DNA from: Macrostomum lignano
Taxonomy: Eukaryota
Direction of reading: 5' to 3'
DNA length: 64,000 nt
Assembly (NCBI GenBank): GCA_002269645.1
Contig: NIVC01000551.1
Span: 310,001 to 374,000 of the forward strand
Made by a program: the position numbers and the translations under genes. Under the pieces are notes generated by a model. That model worked only from the letters and a program-made list of their open reading frames with translations. It made no database searches and was not told the origin of the DNA. This document shows positions 40,901-51,708 of this stretch, piece by piece (the first letter of the stretch is position 1; every line of letters starts with the position of its first letter).

Positions 40901-41508
40901 CCGATGCACATTCCTTGTCGTAGATGAACCGTTTCTGTGTTCGGGTTGAATATTTGTACTGGCAGCTGTTTATCTTTTGCAACCAGTACTAGTGCCGTAG
41001 GCATCATAATTTGGTGTTTAGCCGTGACTCTTCTGTTTGGGTCGAATATCATTGCTTCCTCCGTTGCGTTAGTTGCCTTTGCCTTTATCCAGCAGGCGCT
41101 CTCCGGTTGGATGATGACATCTTGTTGCAATGTTACTTTTGGTAGTACTCGGATCTGGTTGATCAATGGTTGTTCTACCGAGTCGATCTTAAACGTTTGC
41201 TTATTGAAGTCGAAGGTCAATGGTAGTCGAAGCTGCTTGAACGTGTCGATGCCAACAATAACGTCCTGGTTTGGGAGTCTGTCGATGACGTACGTTGGAA
41301 CTGTCAAGTGTTTATTAGCGATTCTTAAATCAATGTCGGCTTTTCCCAGAATGTTTAGCGAATGTCCTCCTGCTCCTGCAACTGCGATTGTTGCTGGCCG
41401 TAGAGCAAGTCGTAGCTTGTTGCACAGTTGTTTTGATATAACTGTGATGGAGCTGCCGGAGTCGAGTAGCGCTCGACATGGTAGATTGTTGATTACCACT
41501 TGAGCCAT
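37999..41508 (-). CDS. pol: Element B Pol (PR-RT-RNase H-IN), intact 1169 aa with its own ATG
   Basis: LLDSGS; YVDD; IETDASGTG; H-x6-H...CHSC; IDITGP / SDNGSQF / VERFH; KGPYRV. Confidence 0.96.
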   Translation of the reverse strand: MAQVVINNLPCRALLDSGSSITVISKQLCNKLRLALRPATIAVAGAGGHSLNILGKADIDLRIANKHLTVPTYVIDRLPNQDVIVGIDTFKQLRLPLTFDFNKQTFKIDSVEQPLINQIRVLPKVTLQQDVIIQPESACWIKAKATNATEEAMIFDPNRRVTAKHQIMMPTALVLVAKDKQLPVQIFNPNTETVHLRQGMCIGHLNTQASVMLIEQATPRLTEEEFQKKINLDDSPITEQQKRKVRQLLWKYNDAFCHHDYDIGRAKDIKQEIKLLPHTEPIQCKPYPIAKHLQQHFDEIIDKMLKHGIISKAISAYSSPCLLVQKKETNERRLVCDFRLLNKYIPTDQQSLPKISELLAKLNTAKLFTVFDLRHGFWQIEIEKESRQYTAFKTYNGQVYEYNRSPMGLSNSPATMSRLTAYMLAGCTNLLHYVDDILAYGEDFERLYEATEKALALIQRQGLKLQPTKCKFFQDNVRYLGHQVTAKGISPDPDNVDKVKKFPTPTSKTKVQSFLGLAQYFRKFLPNFAKTAKPLYDLLKFDKWKQENWTQKQQESFDEIKRQLTSDALLQHPDFDKPFIIETDASGTGLGAVLLQETEDKKERPIAYVSRALKPNETKWSATERELLGVLFALRQFHYYIYGSPLQTIVRTDHAPLTYVVTTKGQTNNRLIRMTLKIQDYNYKLVYKPGITNKAADALSRAYEVNAIHPIPNIKELVDETEHDNFYIAVKNNDKDVKLSPVERKFLRKQRQHLTINKSRLYWMSDNKPKIYMPYSFRQAILNELHDNPLAGHLSAAKTIARVEQYYFWPSMHGDIKQYCNNCHSCAASKTGRRQKPQLQSIPKSTTMDCLSIDITGPLPPSCLHGIAYTYILTALDIFSKFAIAIPIPDITAQTVAMGFFNDIICKYGTPKNLTSDNGSQFTSQLFQQVVKILNITQIYTSTYNPKANMVERFHRNLHEMITHFAHQQPDDWIIYLQAVTMAYNSAIHRSTDNTPFFLMFGRDFQPPNLLAQQLLPSQYVEVPTSIQKFVTQLHLAWKVAKHNIDNQVALTTGTDTRSTTLTAGDIVYLHYPPQQTHKHAQKYKGPYRVVQLTSPTTARLANVQDPHQHQFYVHIHRLKKINTDTTTFLPSLDNADRTRSANRHIATKHEETQTSTEKQQHGYNLRPR

Positions 41509-41728
41509 GGCTTTGCCAATTTCGGCGTGTAGAGTACATACGTAGTTCTCTGGCCATTTTGGGTCTTGCTGTTCTGCTTGATAGTTGGGTGGTTGTATTC
41601 TTGGTGCCGTTGGTGTTGTCGGAATCGATGGATATAGCCGCGTTGCTAGTGTCGGTTGCCCTTGAACTCACGATGTGCAGTTTCTGTTAGTTCTAAACTG
41701 TTGTCGCCTTCCGTTGTCGTTCTTTGCA

Positions 41729-43114
41729 TTATGGCATTAACTGTCTTCTTAGCTTTGGACAAGTTTGACTGAAGCACCGTACGATTGACGAAATGATGAA
41801 GATTGCCGTGACAATCCACACAATGCAAGCACCGTAGAAGATGAATCCTTGATAGAGACTGCCTCTTCCATTGAGCAGCTCCCAGAAGCTGTTTGTCCAA
41901 AATGATTTGATGGCGCTGTCCATTGAAACAAGGACGGGAAATCTTCCTGTCCCGGTTCCTTTGTCCTTTCTTGTGAACAGCTGGTGAATCATCTTGCGTT
42001 GGGTGATGAACGCTTGCAAGAAGTCGTTGATCGTCCATCCTGGTGTTATCTCGTCAAGTTGGATATCGGCGAATGGCGTATACTTCGTTCTGTTGAATCG
42101 GATTTTCAAATCCTCCATGTCGTAGTTTTCGTCGACGATTACTTCCGGTTCTGTGATGTTTGCTGTCGTTCCAGTTGTTTTGATGACGTGCAGTGCATTG
42201 TCCAGTTGATAGTAGTTTGCTGCCGTGGTGCAGGGTCTCGGTATTGCGGTGCCAACTATGATGTTGTGTACCGTGTCCAAGAATCCCTGAATTCGTTTTC
42301 CTTCGTAGAACGCTTCAATCCTTGGCTTGTCGTAGCAGGTTGTTGACGTGTTCGACGGCAAGATGTTAAAGTGCTGTATCGGCGTGCACTTGTATATCAA
42401 CAGATGCTCGTATATTGGAACTGCCAAAACGTTCGTCATTCCGGTGATTTTACGAAAAGTCATCGTAGGGTTGACATAGTAGTTTTGTCTGGCATAATTT
42501 AAGTTGATTGCGTGCATTTTGCAAGTTAGCTGGACCAGTGTTCGATGCAAGTGGTTTAACTGGTTGTGTAGATTGTGATCCAAAGCCGTTATCTTTGCTG
42601 ACAGTAGTCGGTTTGACACCAGTTTGGGACGTTCGATGTCACGTCGTCGTCTGTTCTGTTGTTCCTGCTGTTGATACGTTCCGTTGATGATCGCCAGAAA
42701 GGTTTGTTTGTCGTCATCTTTTACGTAGACTGGTATCTCTTGTTCCGAGATGAATAGTGTCTTGTCTGTATCCTTGCATTTCAGTTTTTGCTCGACTGGT
42801 TTCTTTTGAAACGTCAGTGCCAAGTCTCCTGACTTTGCCAAAAACGTGTTTGACAGTAGACCTCCTTCAACTGTGTGATACTTTTGAAGCTTGCAGTCAA
42901 TTTCCGGCTCAACTTCCCACGCGAAGAAGTATTGTCGTGACTTAGATGGTTCTTCATATCGTGAGTCGCCTCTGCGTATAATTTGCCATCGATAGTCTTG
43001 ATGATATGTTGGACTCAACGGTAAGCTGTATAGTTCCTCATTCCGCAGTATCGGCGTTGGACACCATCCTTTGCTGTATCGGCAGTCACTTAATTGCAGT
43101 TGTAGCGACTCCAT
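41729..43114 (-). CDS. env: Element B envelope glycoprotein, C-terminal part (herpesvirus gB-like class III fusogen, TM-anchored)
   Basis: Furin site NRRRRD; helical LHNQLNHLHRTLVQLTC; NPTMTFRKITG...LLIYKC; CYDKPRIEAFYEG..QGFL...PC; N-glycosylation sequons; TM FIFYGACIVWIVTAIFIISSIV. Joined to the upstream ORF by a 1-nt frameshift in an A5 run (~43114-43118). Confidence 0.75.
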   Translation of the reverse strand: MESLQLQLSDCRYSKGWCPTPILRNEELYSLPLSPTYHQDYRWQIIRRGDSRYEEPSKSRQYFFAWEVEPEIDCKLQKYHTVEGGLLSNTFLAKSGDLALTFQKKPVEQKLKCKDTDKTLFISEQEIPVYVKDDDKQTFLAIINGTYQQQEQQNRRRRDIERPKLVSNRLLSAKITALDHNLHNQLNHLHRTLVQLTCKMHAINLNYARQNYYVNPTMTFRKITGMTNVLAVPIYEHLLIYKCTPIQHFNILPSNTSTTCYDKPRIEAFYEGKRIQGFLDTVHNIIVGTAIPRPCTTAANYYQLDNALHVIKTTGTTANITEPEVIVDENYDMEDLKIRFNRTKYTPFADIQLDEITPGWTINDFLQAFITQRKMIHQLFTRKDKGTGTGRFPVLVSMDSAIKSFWTNSFWELLNGRGSLYQGFIFYGACIVWIVTAIFIISSIVRCFSQTCPKLRRQLMP

Positions 43115-45315
43115 TTTTCAAAAGGATTGTGGTAGAATGGAATATTCCTGATTAGGTAACTGTTTCGTGTCATGTAGTTAGTCCATGCTTCCGAAAAGTG
43201 TACATATCGTCCGTTTGCTGAGTTCTTCGTTCGGTAAAGTTGTGCCTCCCCCACTTTCTCATCCGGTTCTAGCTGACCATCCTTTGAGAACAGTGTTTGG
43301 TTCCATTGTAGACATTCAGCGTGCGACACATGTAGTTCGTGTTGCCAAAATCGAATTCTGTTCCACTGTCCTCGCCAAACTTTTTCTACTAGGTGCTTGT
43401 CTCTAAAGCACACTATTCCGAGTTGTCGATGCTTCTTGATGTTAGCTTTGTAGAGATCAATTGTTATCTTCTTTGGCTTCGTCTGGTTTGTCTTGAAGTA
43501 GCTGCATTTGATGTCGGTTGGTATCTTGTAGATCATCGGTTGGATATGCGCATCCGTTGGACATATCATTGGTTTCTCCATTGCTGTTGCTTTGGTGACT
43601 ACTGCCGTCAGTAGTATTATGATGATCCAGAATATCCAGAATCGCCATTTTCTGAACGTTGCCGTTGTCTTTGCTGGCATTGGCTGCGGCTGCCATTCGT
43701 TATCTTCTGCGTCCGCATCGTATTCTTCCTCTTGTTCCATTGGCGTTTCCGAGCGCAAGGCATCCGATTCGTTCCGCTGCTTGTCGTCTTCATCATTTTC
43801 TTCCTTGCTTTCTTCCGATGTTGTAGTTGTGTCACTCCATTGTCTGCGGTACCTCACTTCGGCCTTGTAGTCGACCGTTTGAATGTAGGCTTCACCATTT
43901 CGTTTATATCGGATCTCGTAGCATTGATCGCTGTCGGAGCTTAGATTTCTTTCTTCCATTCCTTTGTGCCTTCCGTCTTCATGTTCTTTGTCGGCGGCTC
44001 GGTTGTCATCAGCGTCATTCTGCATCTCATAATCGTGATCGCTGCTTTCTTCTTGCTGTTCTTCTTCCATTTCTGCATTTCCGTCGTTGCTTCTTTCGTT
44101 GTCATCCTTCGTTGCCAGTTCCTTGTCGTTGCCTTTGTTTGTTTCTTCTTTTCTTTCACTGATGTCGCTTGACAATGTTTTTTCTGTGCTCACTTCTGTC
44201 TTTTCTTCTTCGCTGTCAATGTTAGTTTCTTTCATTTCGACCATGCTGATGTTTTTTGTCTTTTCGCTGCTCTCCACATCGAGCCAGTCGATTTCATTGA
44301 TAGTGAAGTCCATTTCCAAGTCGTCTATCGTGAAGACTTGCTGCTCTTGCTGTTCGCTTTCCGGTGTGTACGTGATGGCGTTTGCATATCGTTGCATCGC
44401 TTGCGTTGGTTGCTTGGGCATGTATCTGGTGTTTCGCGGTCTGTAGCCATTGTTTCCGAAGCGTTTCGTGTTTTGCTGCTGCCAATTTTGATGTTGTTGC
44501 CATGGTTTTTGCGGCTTCCTTCTGTTGAATGGCTGTCGCTGCATGTCATTTCTTGTTGACCGATGAGGACAATGTATTTGGTAGTGTCCTTCTCGTCCAC
44601 AGTAATAGCATCTGGCTTGGGCTCGTTCATTTCGTCTTTTTTGTTCGGCGATAACGGCTGTTTGATGTTGCATCAATTTGTTTAGTTGCTGTGTCAGTTT
44701 CTGCACTTCTGTGTTGCCGGTTGTCATTAGTGGAGCGCTTGCTTCCCACTGCATTCCGCACCGTAAAAGGTCTTCCTCGGTTTCAATGTTTTCGCGTAGA
44801 AGTCTATCTCGGAGTGACGGCTGTGCATTGTTTATTACGTGCAGAATCAGATTTTGTTCGCGATCCATCAATCGCTGTCGCTCTCTAGCGGCTAATTCTG
44901 CCGCACCCAGAGGTGGTTGGTCTGCAGCTGGCAGTGTTGGCTGATGCAGTGCCTTAATTATCTGACGGATGTCGTCCACAAAGGTCAGGAAGGATTCGGT
45001 TGGCTGCATCCTTCTGTTATGCAACTTGTGCAGTAGCACTGATCTGTTTGTGCCACAGCGGTTGAAATGCGCGCGCAGTTGAATGATTAATGCTGGGTAG
45101 TTTTGCTGTGTTGCCGCATCTAGTTTACCATAAATCTCTCGTGCAGTGCCTTGGAGGAGTGGTGGCAACAGTTGCGCTTTTTCTGGATTTTGTAGGTTGT
45201 ATTCCCTACATACCAGGTCAAAATGATCAACAAAGGTGTTAAAGTCTTTTTCCATAGAAAAGGTGCCAACTGTCTCTTTGATATCTCTGTGCACCGTTGG
45301 ATTGCGCCGCGCCAT
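43090..45315 (-). CDS. gag: Element B Gag fused in frame to an acidic linker, internal signal sequence and Env N-terminus
   Basis: Capsid-like FVDHFDLVC..., CCHC CYYCGREGHYQIHC, ~250-aa D/E-rich linker, FWIFWIIIILLTAVVTKATA, then a Cys-containing ectodomain. Confidence 0.85.
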   Translation of the reverse strand: MARRNPTVHRDIKETVGTFSMEKDFNTFVDHFDLVCREYNLQNPEKAQLLPPLLQGTAREIYGKLDAATQQNYPALIIQLRAHFNRCGTNRSVLLHKLHNRRMQPTESFLTFVDDIRQIIKALHQPTLPAADQPPLGAAELAARERQRLMDREQNLILHVINNAQPSLRDRLLRENIETEEDLLRCGMQWEASAPLMTTGNTEVQKLTQQLNKLMQHQTAVIAEQKRRNERAQARCYYCGREGHYQIHCPHRSTRNDMQRQPFNRRKPQKPWQQHQNWQQQNTKRFGNNGYRPRNTRYMPKQPTQAMQRYANAITYTPESEQQEQQVFTIDDLEMDFTINEIDWLDVESSEKTKNISMVEMKETNIDSEEEKTEVSTEKTLSSDISERKEETNKGNDKELATKDDNERSNDGNAEMEEEQQEESSDHDYEMQNDADDNRAADKEHEDGRHKGMEERNLSSDSDQCYEIRYKRNGEAYIQTVDYKAEVRYRRQWSDTTTTSEESKEENDEDDKQRNESDALRSETPMEQEEEYDADAEDNEWQPQPMPAKTTATFRKWRFWIFWIIIILLTAVVTKATAMEKPMICPTDAHIQPMIYKIPTDIKCSYFKTNQTKPKKITIDLYKANIKKHRQLGIVCFRDKHLVEKVWRGQWNRIRFWQHELHVSHAECLQWNQTLFSKDGQLEPDEKVGEAQLYRTKNSANGRYVHFSEAWTNYMTRNSYLIRNIPFYHNPFEKWSRYNCN

Positions 45316-45989
45316 GTTGTTGATGGGATAGAACGGTAGCTCTAGGTCTGGGTCGATTTGTAATGGATCTTCCAGTGTGGTGTTTCTTTCGAAATAAACT
45401 TCGGTTGTAACTGATTGTCTTGCGGTGCTTTTGACACCTCAATTTGTTATGTCTGACCTTGAGCGGAATTCGGCTTTTGGCTGCTTTTTCTGACCTCTTA
45501 TTCGCTGGCTGATTTTCGCACTTATGCGGCGTCCCGCAAAGTGTATCTTTAAAGTGCTTGAAGTGCAGCTGCTTCTTGCTTTTTTCAAAGGCCTTTCTTG
45601 TCTTCGTGACGTGCCTTGTCACGTTTTATCAAATTTCGGTTTGTTTTAGCTTTCGTCAAGTGTTTTTAATTTCGGTTTTGTTTTAGTGTGTATTGATTAT
45701 TTTTCGGTTTGTTTTCAGTGTACCGGACGTTGTTTTCGGTTTTGTTTAAGGTTTACTCTTGCTCGAGCTCGTTAAAAACAAAAATTTAACACGCGTGCTC
45801 AAACGTTACTCAAAATTGACAGGTACTCAAGCCTGTATATCTAAACTTTTACTCGAGTTTCAAATCGTACAAAAATCGAAAAGTGTCGAAAAGTGTTACC
45901 TCTAACACGTGCGCGCAAAATTAATGAAGTCGCTCTTTCGTCACTTTACAATAGCTTGGCCAGGCTATTGCTCAAAAGTTTGAGTAGTG

Positions 45990-46009
45990 CCGAGAGGGCG
46001 AGATCACCA
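45990..46009 (-). promoter_or_regulatory. Putative PBS of element B (tRNA species unassigned)
   Basis: TGGTGATCTCGCCCTCTCGG begins 2 nt after the 5' LTR, consistent with a tRNA 3' end ...CGAGAUC-A-CCA. Confidence 0.6.
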
Positions 46010-46011
46010 AT

Positions 46012-47047
46012 TGATGTGTTCCTTATTACCCGACTTCGGTAATCAAAGAACAATCACTTCTAGCTCTTTAGCTAGGCAACCCAGTAATTCAAACGAAAGT
46101 ATTCAATTACCTTGACTTCTTATGAGATATCTCTCCTTTTAGTCCTTCGTAGATCTCGTGTAGATCTCGATCTGTAGTTCAGGCCTGAATTCGACTCGAC
46201 TTGTAGTCCTGGTCCGAGTTTCTCTTTCTTCTTTTGCCGGCCGGTATCTGTCGTTCGGACCAATAAGAAGCTTCCAAATTAACAATGGGTACCCTGCGCC
46301 AAACTGCGGTTTAATATAAGCCTACTCCTTCTAGCAGTGCCTCTATGCACTCTAGGTATAGCTCCGGAAACCACTGATAGTCTTCTAAGATCTATCAGGG
46401 GCAGTCCTTCTGGAGACTGCAACCAGTAGAGTCTAAACAGACTCAGGAGTCTCAACAGACTCAAACTAAACTCCAACGAGACGTCTCAAAACACAGGCGC
46501 AAATGAGTAAGGCTTACCGCAAGAACTCGACGAGTCTTCAGTAGGAAGTCCTGTAGTGGCTTCCTCTTCGGAGCTCTTCTCCTTCCGGAGGAATTGTGGC
46601 TCCGGGTCCGTTCCGGACCACTTGTATTTATAGGCGTTCAGACCTCTCTCGAGGTCGTACATCACTGTCTTCGCAAATGTCAAAGGGTCACGATTCGGTG
46701 GCTGTCAAGCATGACAGGGTAGAAAGTTGCGCAACTAGTCTACTGTAAAAGCGCATGATTGGTTACCGTAGCTGGTAGACTTTGATTGGTTCATCCGGGT
46801 GCAACCCGAGTGCAAACAAAATGATGACTTGAAGGTGGGGTTTGAATTGACAGTTGTTGGTCGCACGTGATTGGGTGATTTCTAAAATTAGCATGCTCGA
46901 GGTCTCTCTCTTCCTATTGGTTAGTCCGAATATACTTATAGTTCAAAGCATACCTTTATTCATGCTCTTCAATTTACTACTAAATAAAATGTGTGAGTAG
47001 TACATTAACACTTTTATGTCTTCTTACGGGAGGTAGAACACTCTACA
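46012..47047 (-). repeat. Element B 5' LTR
   Basis: Apparently identical to 36418-37453. Confidence 0.95.
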
Positions 47048-47800
47048 CTGCGCCTCATCAGCATCCAGTGTCCGGTACAGCGTCTCATCAGCCTCCAGTG
47101 TCCGGTACTGCGTCTCATCAGCATCCAGTGTCCGGTACTGCGCCTCATCAGCATCCAGTGTCCGGTACAGCGTCTCATCAGCCTCCAGTGTCCGGTACTG
47201 CGTCTCATCAGCATCCAGTGTTCGGTACAGTACCTCATCAGCATCCAGTGTCCGGTACTGCGTCTCATCAGCATCCAGTGTCCGGTACTGCGCCTCATCA
47301 GCATCCAGTGTCCGGTACAGCGTCTCATCAGCCTCCAGTGTCCGGTACTGCGTCTCATCAGCCTCCAGTGTCCGGTACAGTATCTCATCAGCCTCCAGTG
47401 TCCGGTACTGCGTCTCATCAGCCTCCAGTGTCCGGTACAGTATCTCATCAGCATCCAGTGTCCGGTACTGCGTCTCATCAGCCTCCAGTGTCCGGTACAG
47501 TATCTCATCAGCATCCAGTGTCCGGTACTGCGTCTCATCAGCCTCCAGTGTCCGGTACAGTATCTCATCAGCATCCAGTGTCCGGTACAGCGTCTCATCA
47601 GCATCCAGTGTCCGGTACTGCGTCTCATCAGCATCCAGTGTCCGGTACTGCGCCTCATCAGCATCCAGTGTCCGGTACAGCGTCTCATCAGCCTCTAGTG
47701 TCCGGTACTGCGTCTCATCAGCCTCCAGTGTCCGGTACTGCGTCTCATCAGCATCCAGTGTCCGGTACAGTGCCTCATCAGCCCCCAGCGTCCGGTACTG
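47048..47800 (+). repeat. 30-bp coding tandem repeat in the element A gag-pol junction (continues 36345-36417)
   Basis: cctcatcagcatccagtgtccggtactgcg units encoding (S/P)HQ(H/P)PVSGT(A/V). Confidence 0.95.
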
Positions 47801-50800
47801 CACCTCACCATCAACTAGCCGGTTTTGCACAGTCGCAGCGCCCAATCACCGTCAACGCACCTCAGTCAATTCAAATCAATCCTGCGTCGATATATGTTAC
47901 GGCCTCAATCGCAGGGCGGAGGGTGAACGCGCTAGTGGACTCGGGAGCTTCCTGCACCATTATCTCACGGGAAGCTTACCAAAGTATGCCGAAACAGAGC
48001 GTCAGAGATTTGGCCGGTGCTGAAGGCTACGTTAGCTTAGCAAACGGCAGCCCGATCGAAATCGAGAGGACAGTCCTGTTGCGACTGTCAATCGCTGATA
48101 AAGTAATAGATACTCCAGCCTTGGTAGTCAGCGGAGTGAAGTACCAACTGGTATTGGGATCCGACTTCTGCAGGGACAACAGTTGCGTCATCGACTACAA
48201 GACAGCTGTCTTTTCAGTGCAGGACACTGCAATCCCGTTCCGATGGCAAGCTGAGCGCCCGATCGTTTGCAGAATTTTGGCGACAAGGTCCAGCACAATA
48301 CCGCCAGGTCATCAAGCAGTTCTGTCAGCAAGGCTGGAGAGCAAAGGACGACGGAACAGAGGGTGTGTCGGTCTAACTGAGAATCTCGGAGCGAACGATT
48401 TGGCAGCTGGCCGCTGGCTTGCTAAGGCCTTAGTGATCCCAAATAGCGGCAGCCGTCTGCCGACTCGACTCATCAATATCACGGAAGAGCCAGTCAGAAT
48501 TCGCCAAGGTTGTACGCTCGGGTGGTTCTGCCCCCTAGAATCCACCGAACCGTTGAACACCATCAAGCTCTTAGCCGTAGAGTCAGGAGACGATCCACAG
48601 GAAGAGCCGAAGGTCCAAGGCAGCAACAGCCCTTCGGAAGCAGACTTGCTACCAAACTCGTATGGCGACTGTGGACTGTCGACGAAAGAAGACGAATAAT
48701 TTAGAATCCTTGTCCGGAGTTACAGCGATGTGTTCACGACCAAGCAGACTTCAAGCAAGTTAACTACCGTGGTGGAGCATGAAATTAACACCGAGAATGC
48801 GCGCCCAATCAAAATCCCACCGCGTCGTCTGCCTCCCCACTTACAGCCAGAATTAGATCGTCAAGTCAACGAGTTGCTGGAAAAGGGGCAGATCGAAGAA
48901 GCACAGTCGCCATGGTGCTTTCCTTTGGTGTGCGTAAAGAAGAAATCAGGGGAAATGAGGATGTGCGTCGATTATCGGAAGTTGAATGAGGTCACCGTCA
49001 AGGACGCAGTGCCGATGCCGAGGGTCGATGATGCGCTGGAGGCAGTACACGGCGCCAAGATCTTCTCGACAATGGACCTTCACAGCGGGTTTTGGCAAGT
49101 AGGGGTGAGACCTCAGGATCAGGACAAGACGGCGTTTGCAGTGCCGCATCGCGGACAATTTCGATGGAAGGTTATGCCGTTCGGCTTAGTGAACAGCCCA
49201 GCAACATTCACCAGGTTGATGGCAGCCGTTCTGGACAAGCAGATGTGGAAAACCTGTCTCGTCTACATCGACGATCTACTGGTTTGGTCAACCGACGTGG
49301 ATGAACACCTGAGAAGACTGGAGGAAATATTCAGCAAGTTGCGGCAAGCAAATTTGTGCCTGAAGCCCCAGAAGTGTCACTTTTTGCAAAAGCAAGTGAA
49401 ATTTCTCGGTCACACGCTGTCGGCTGCTGGCATCAGTACCGATGAGGAGAAAGTTCAAGAAGTGAAGAACTGGCCAACACCGCGATCCTCGACGGAGCTG
49501 CATTCATTCTTGGGCCTGTGTGGCTATTACAGAAAGTTTATTAAAGATTTCGCCGCAATAGCAGCGCCTCTAACTCGATTGACAACAAAAGACGCAAAGT
49601 TTGAATGGAAAACGGAACAGCAGCTGGCGTTCGAAAAATTGAAGGAACGAATGACAAGTTCAGAGGTTATGGCTCATCCGGATTTCTCCCCGGATGCCGG
49701 AGAGTTTATCCTCGATACTGATGGCAGTTCGAAGATGGGCATAGGAGCGGTACTTTCTCAAGTCCAGCCAGATGGAGCAGAACGAGTGATCGCCTATGGG
49801 TCCAAGACACTAAATCAAGCCGAACGCAACTATTGTACGACTCGTTTAGAACTACTAGCGGTTGTGACTTTCATCATGAAGTTCAGATACTATCTGCTGG
49901 GAAAAGCGTTCTGTCTGCGAACGGACCACAGCAGCCTGCAATGGTTAAAAAACTTCAGTGACGCCGAGGGACAGGTTGCTCGCTGGTTGGAGAAGTTGGC
50001 TCCATTTCAGTACCGCATCGTTCACAGACTAGGTCGATCGCATGGCAACGCGGACGCAATGTCGAGGAAGCCAGTACGGAGACATTTCGGAGCGGAGACA
50101 TGCCCGGCATGTGCGCAGCATCCAGAAGGACTAAATGCAGTCGAATTTGAACGATTCTCAGCCGGCAATCTGGCAAGCGAGCAGGATCAAGATGACGATT
50201 TGAGAACAGTAAAGGAAGCGCTTGGCTCAAACCCAGTTCCAGATAAAAGCGAGACAGCTTGGAGTCCACTGGCTAGAGCCGTCTGGACTCGAAAAGACGA
50301 CCTGGTGCTGCAAGAGAACGTGCTCCTTGTGAGAAACAAAGACAGGCGCGATGAGTATCAAATGGTGCTGCCACGAAAGGCATTGGATCGTATCTTGAAA
50401 ACCCTACACGAGGGAGTGGGAGGTGGCCACATGGGCTTTGCGAAGACAAAATTTAAAGTGCTTCAGCGCTACTGGCGTCCAGGATTGTCTCGTGCCATTG
50501 AAGAATATATTCGCGGTTGTGCCACCTGCTGCAAGTCAAAGCCGGGCAAGCGAAACCGAGCACCCCTGCAACCGTTGACATTCGCAGCACCATTCGATTG
50601 CGTCATGATGGACATTGTCGGGCCGCTACCGCGGAGTAAGGCTGGAAACATTTATCTCCTGACAGTCCAAGATTCGTTTACGAAGTGGCCTGACGCGTAC
50701 CCGCTTCGCAACCAGAAGGCAAGGACGGTGGCAAGGGCGCTTTTCAATCGATGGATTAGCCAGCATGGATGTCCGAGTACTTTGCACAGTGACCAAGGAA

Positions 50801-51708
50801 GGAACTTCGAATCGCAAGTGATGCGCGAAATGTGCAGGATACTCGAGATCCGCAAGTCCAGAACCACAGCTTATCATCCGAGCGGAAATGGACAAGTAGA
50901 AAACTTCAATAAAAGTTTAAAATCCATCCTCAAGTGCTGCCTAGAGGACTCAGGACGAAACGACTGGGAAGAATTCGTCAGCTCTGCGTTAATGGCGTAC
51001 CGATCAAGCGTGCATCGAGCAACGGGTTATACTCCCCACTACATGGTCTATGGCACGGAGATGCGCCTACCGATAGACTTGACTGACCAGCCGCCACAGC
51101 CTGTCGATTCGCATGTAAATTTCGTCAAGGAGCTAGAAGACAAATTGCAGACAGCTCATCGCGCTGCTCGACAGCAGTTGAATACTTATCAGCGGCGACA
51201 GAAGGACCAGTACGATAAAAGAACCCGAGGATCCGATATTCAGGAGGGTGACCATGTCTTCGTCTACAGCCCCGCCCTGAAACCAGACGAAGCCGCAAAG
51301 TTTCACGTAAGCTGGCTCGGCCCAGTGAAGGTGCTCGAAAGAAGATCCGAGGTGCTCTTCAAAGTGGAAAACCCGTCAAATCGTAAAAAGTCGAAGTTCG
51401 TCCACTTCAACAACCTCCGGAAGTTCGCTCGACCGGCCGCCCTGGAAACACCAGTTAGGACCGCGGCACCGCCGGAGGTGGTCGACGAGACGGACTCGGA
51501 GACAGAGGCGGAATGCGAGACTTGGACTCGGCCTCAACTGATGCCGCCACAGGACGCCGAGGAAGTCGCCGAGGTGCTGGAAGAGCAGATGGAGTTGGTT
51601 GACGACCCGCAGCCTACTCATAACCCGGTGGAAGCTGCACCTGAGCCTCGAAGGTCCGGAAGGTTGCGACGGCCGCCGGATCGCTACGGCCAGCCAGTGA
51701 CATTCTAA
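47048..51708 (+). pseudogene. pol: Element A Pol (PR-RT-RH-IN), interrupted by element B and by an in-frame TAA at 48697-48699
   Basis: LVDSGAS; YIDD; LDTDGS; HHCC; MDIVGP / SDQGRNF / QVENFN; WLGPV; ORFs 46993-48699 and 48730-51708 share one frame. Confidence 0.93.

Larger units (their letters stand above)
36418..47047 (-). mobile_element. Ty3/Gypsy-like envelope-bearing LTR element B (10.63 kb), nested in A in opposite orientation
   Basis: 1036-bp LTRs 36418-37453 and 46012-47047 (TG...CA, offset 9594); 4-bp TSD CTGC at 36414-36417 and 47048-47051. Confidence 0.95.

Noticed and set aside
43105-43125. Programmed -1 frameshift within env
   Set aside because: No in-phase X XXY YYZ heptamer; a 1-nt loss in the A5 run (mutation or sequencing error) is simpler
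48697-48699. Programmed readthrough stop in element A pol
   Set aside because: UAA between protease and RT without a typical readthrough context; more likely a nonsense mutation
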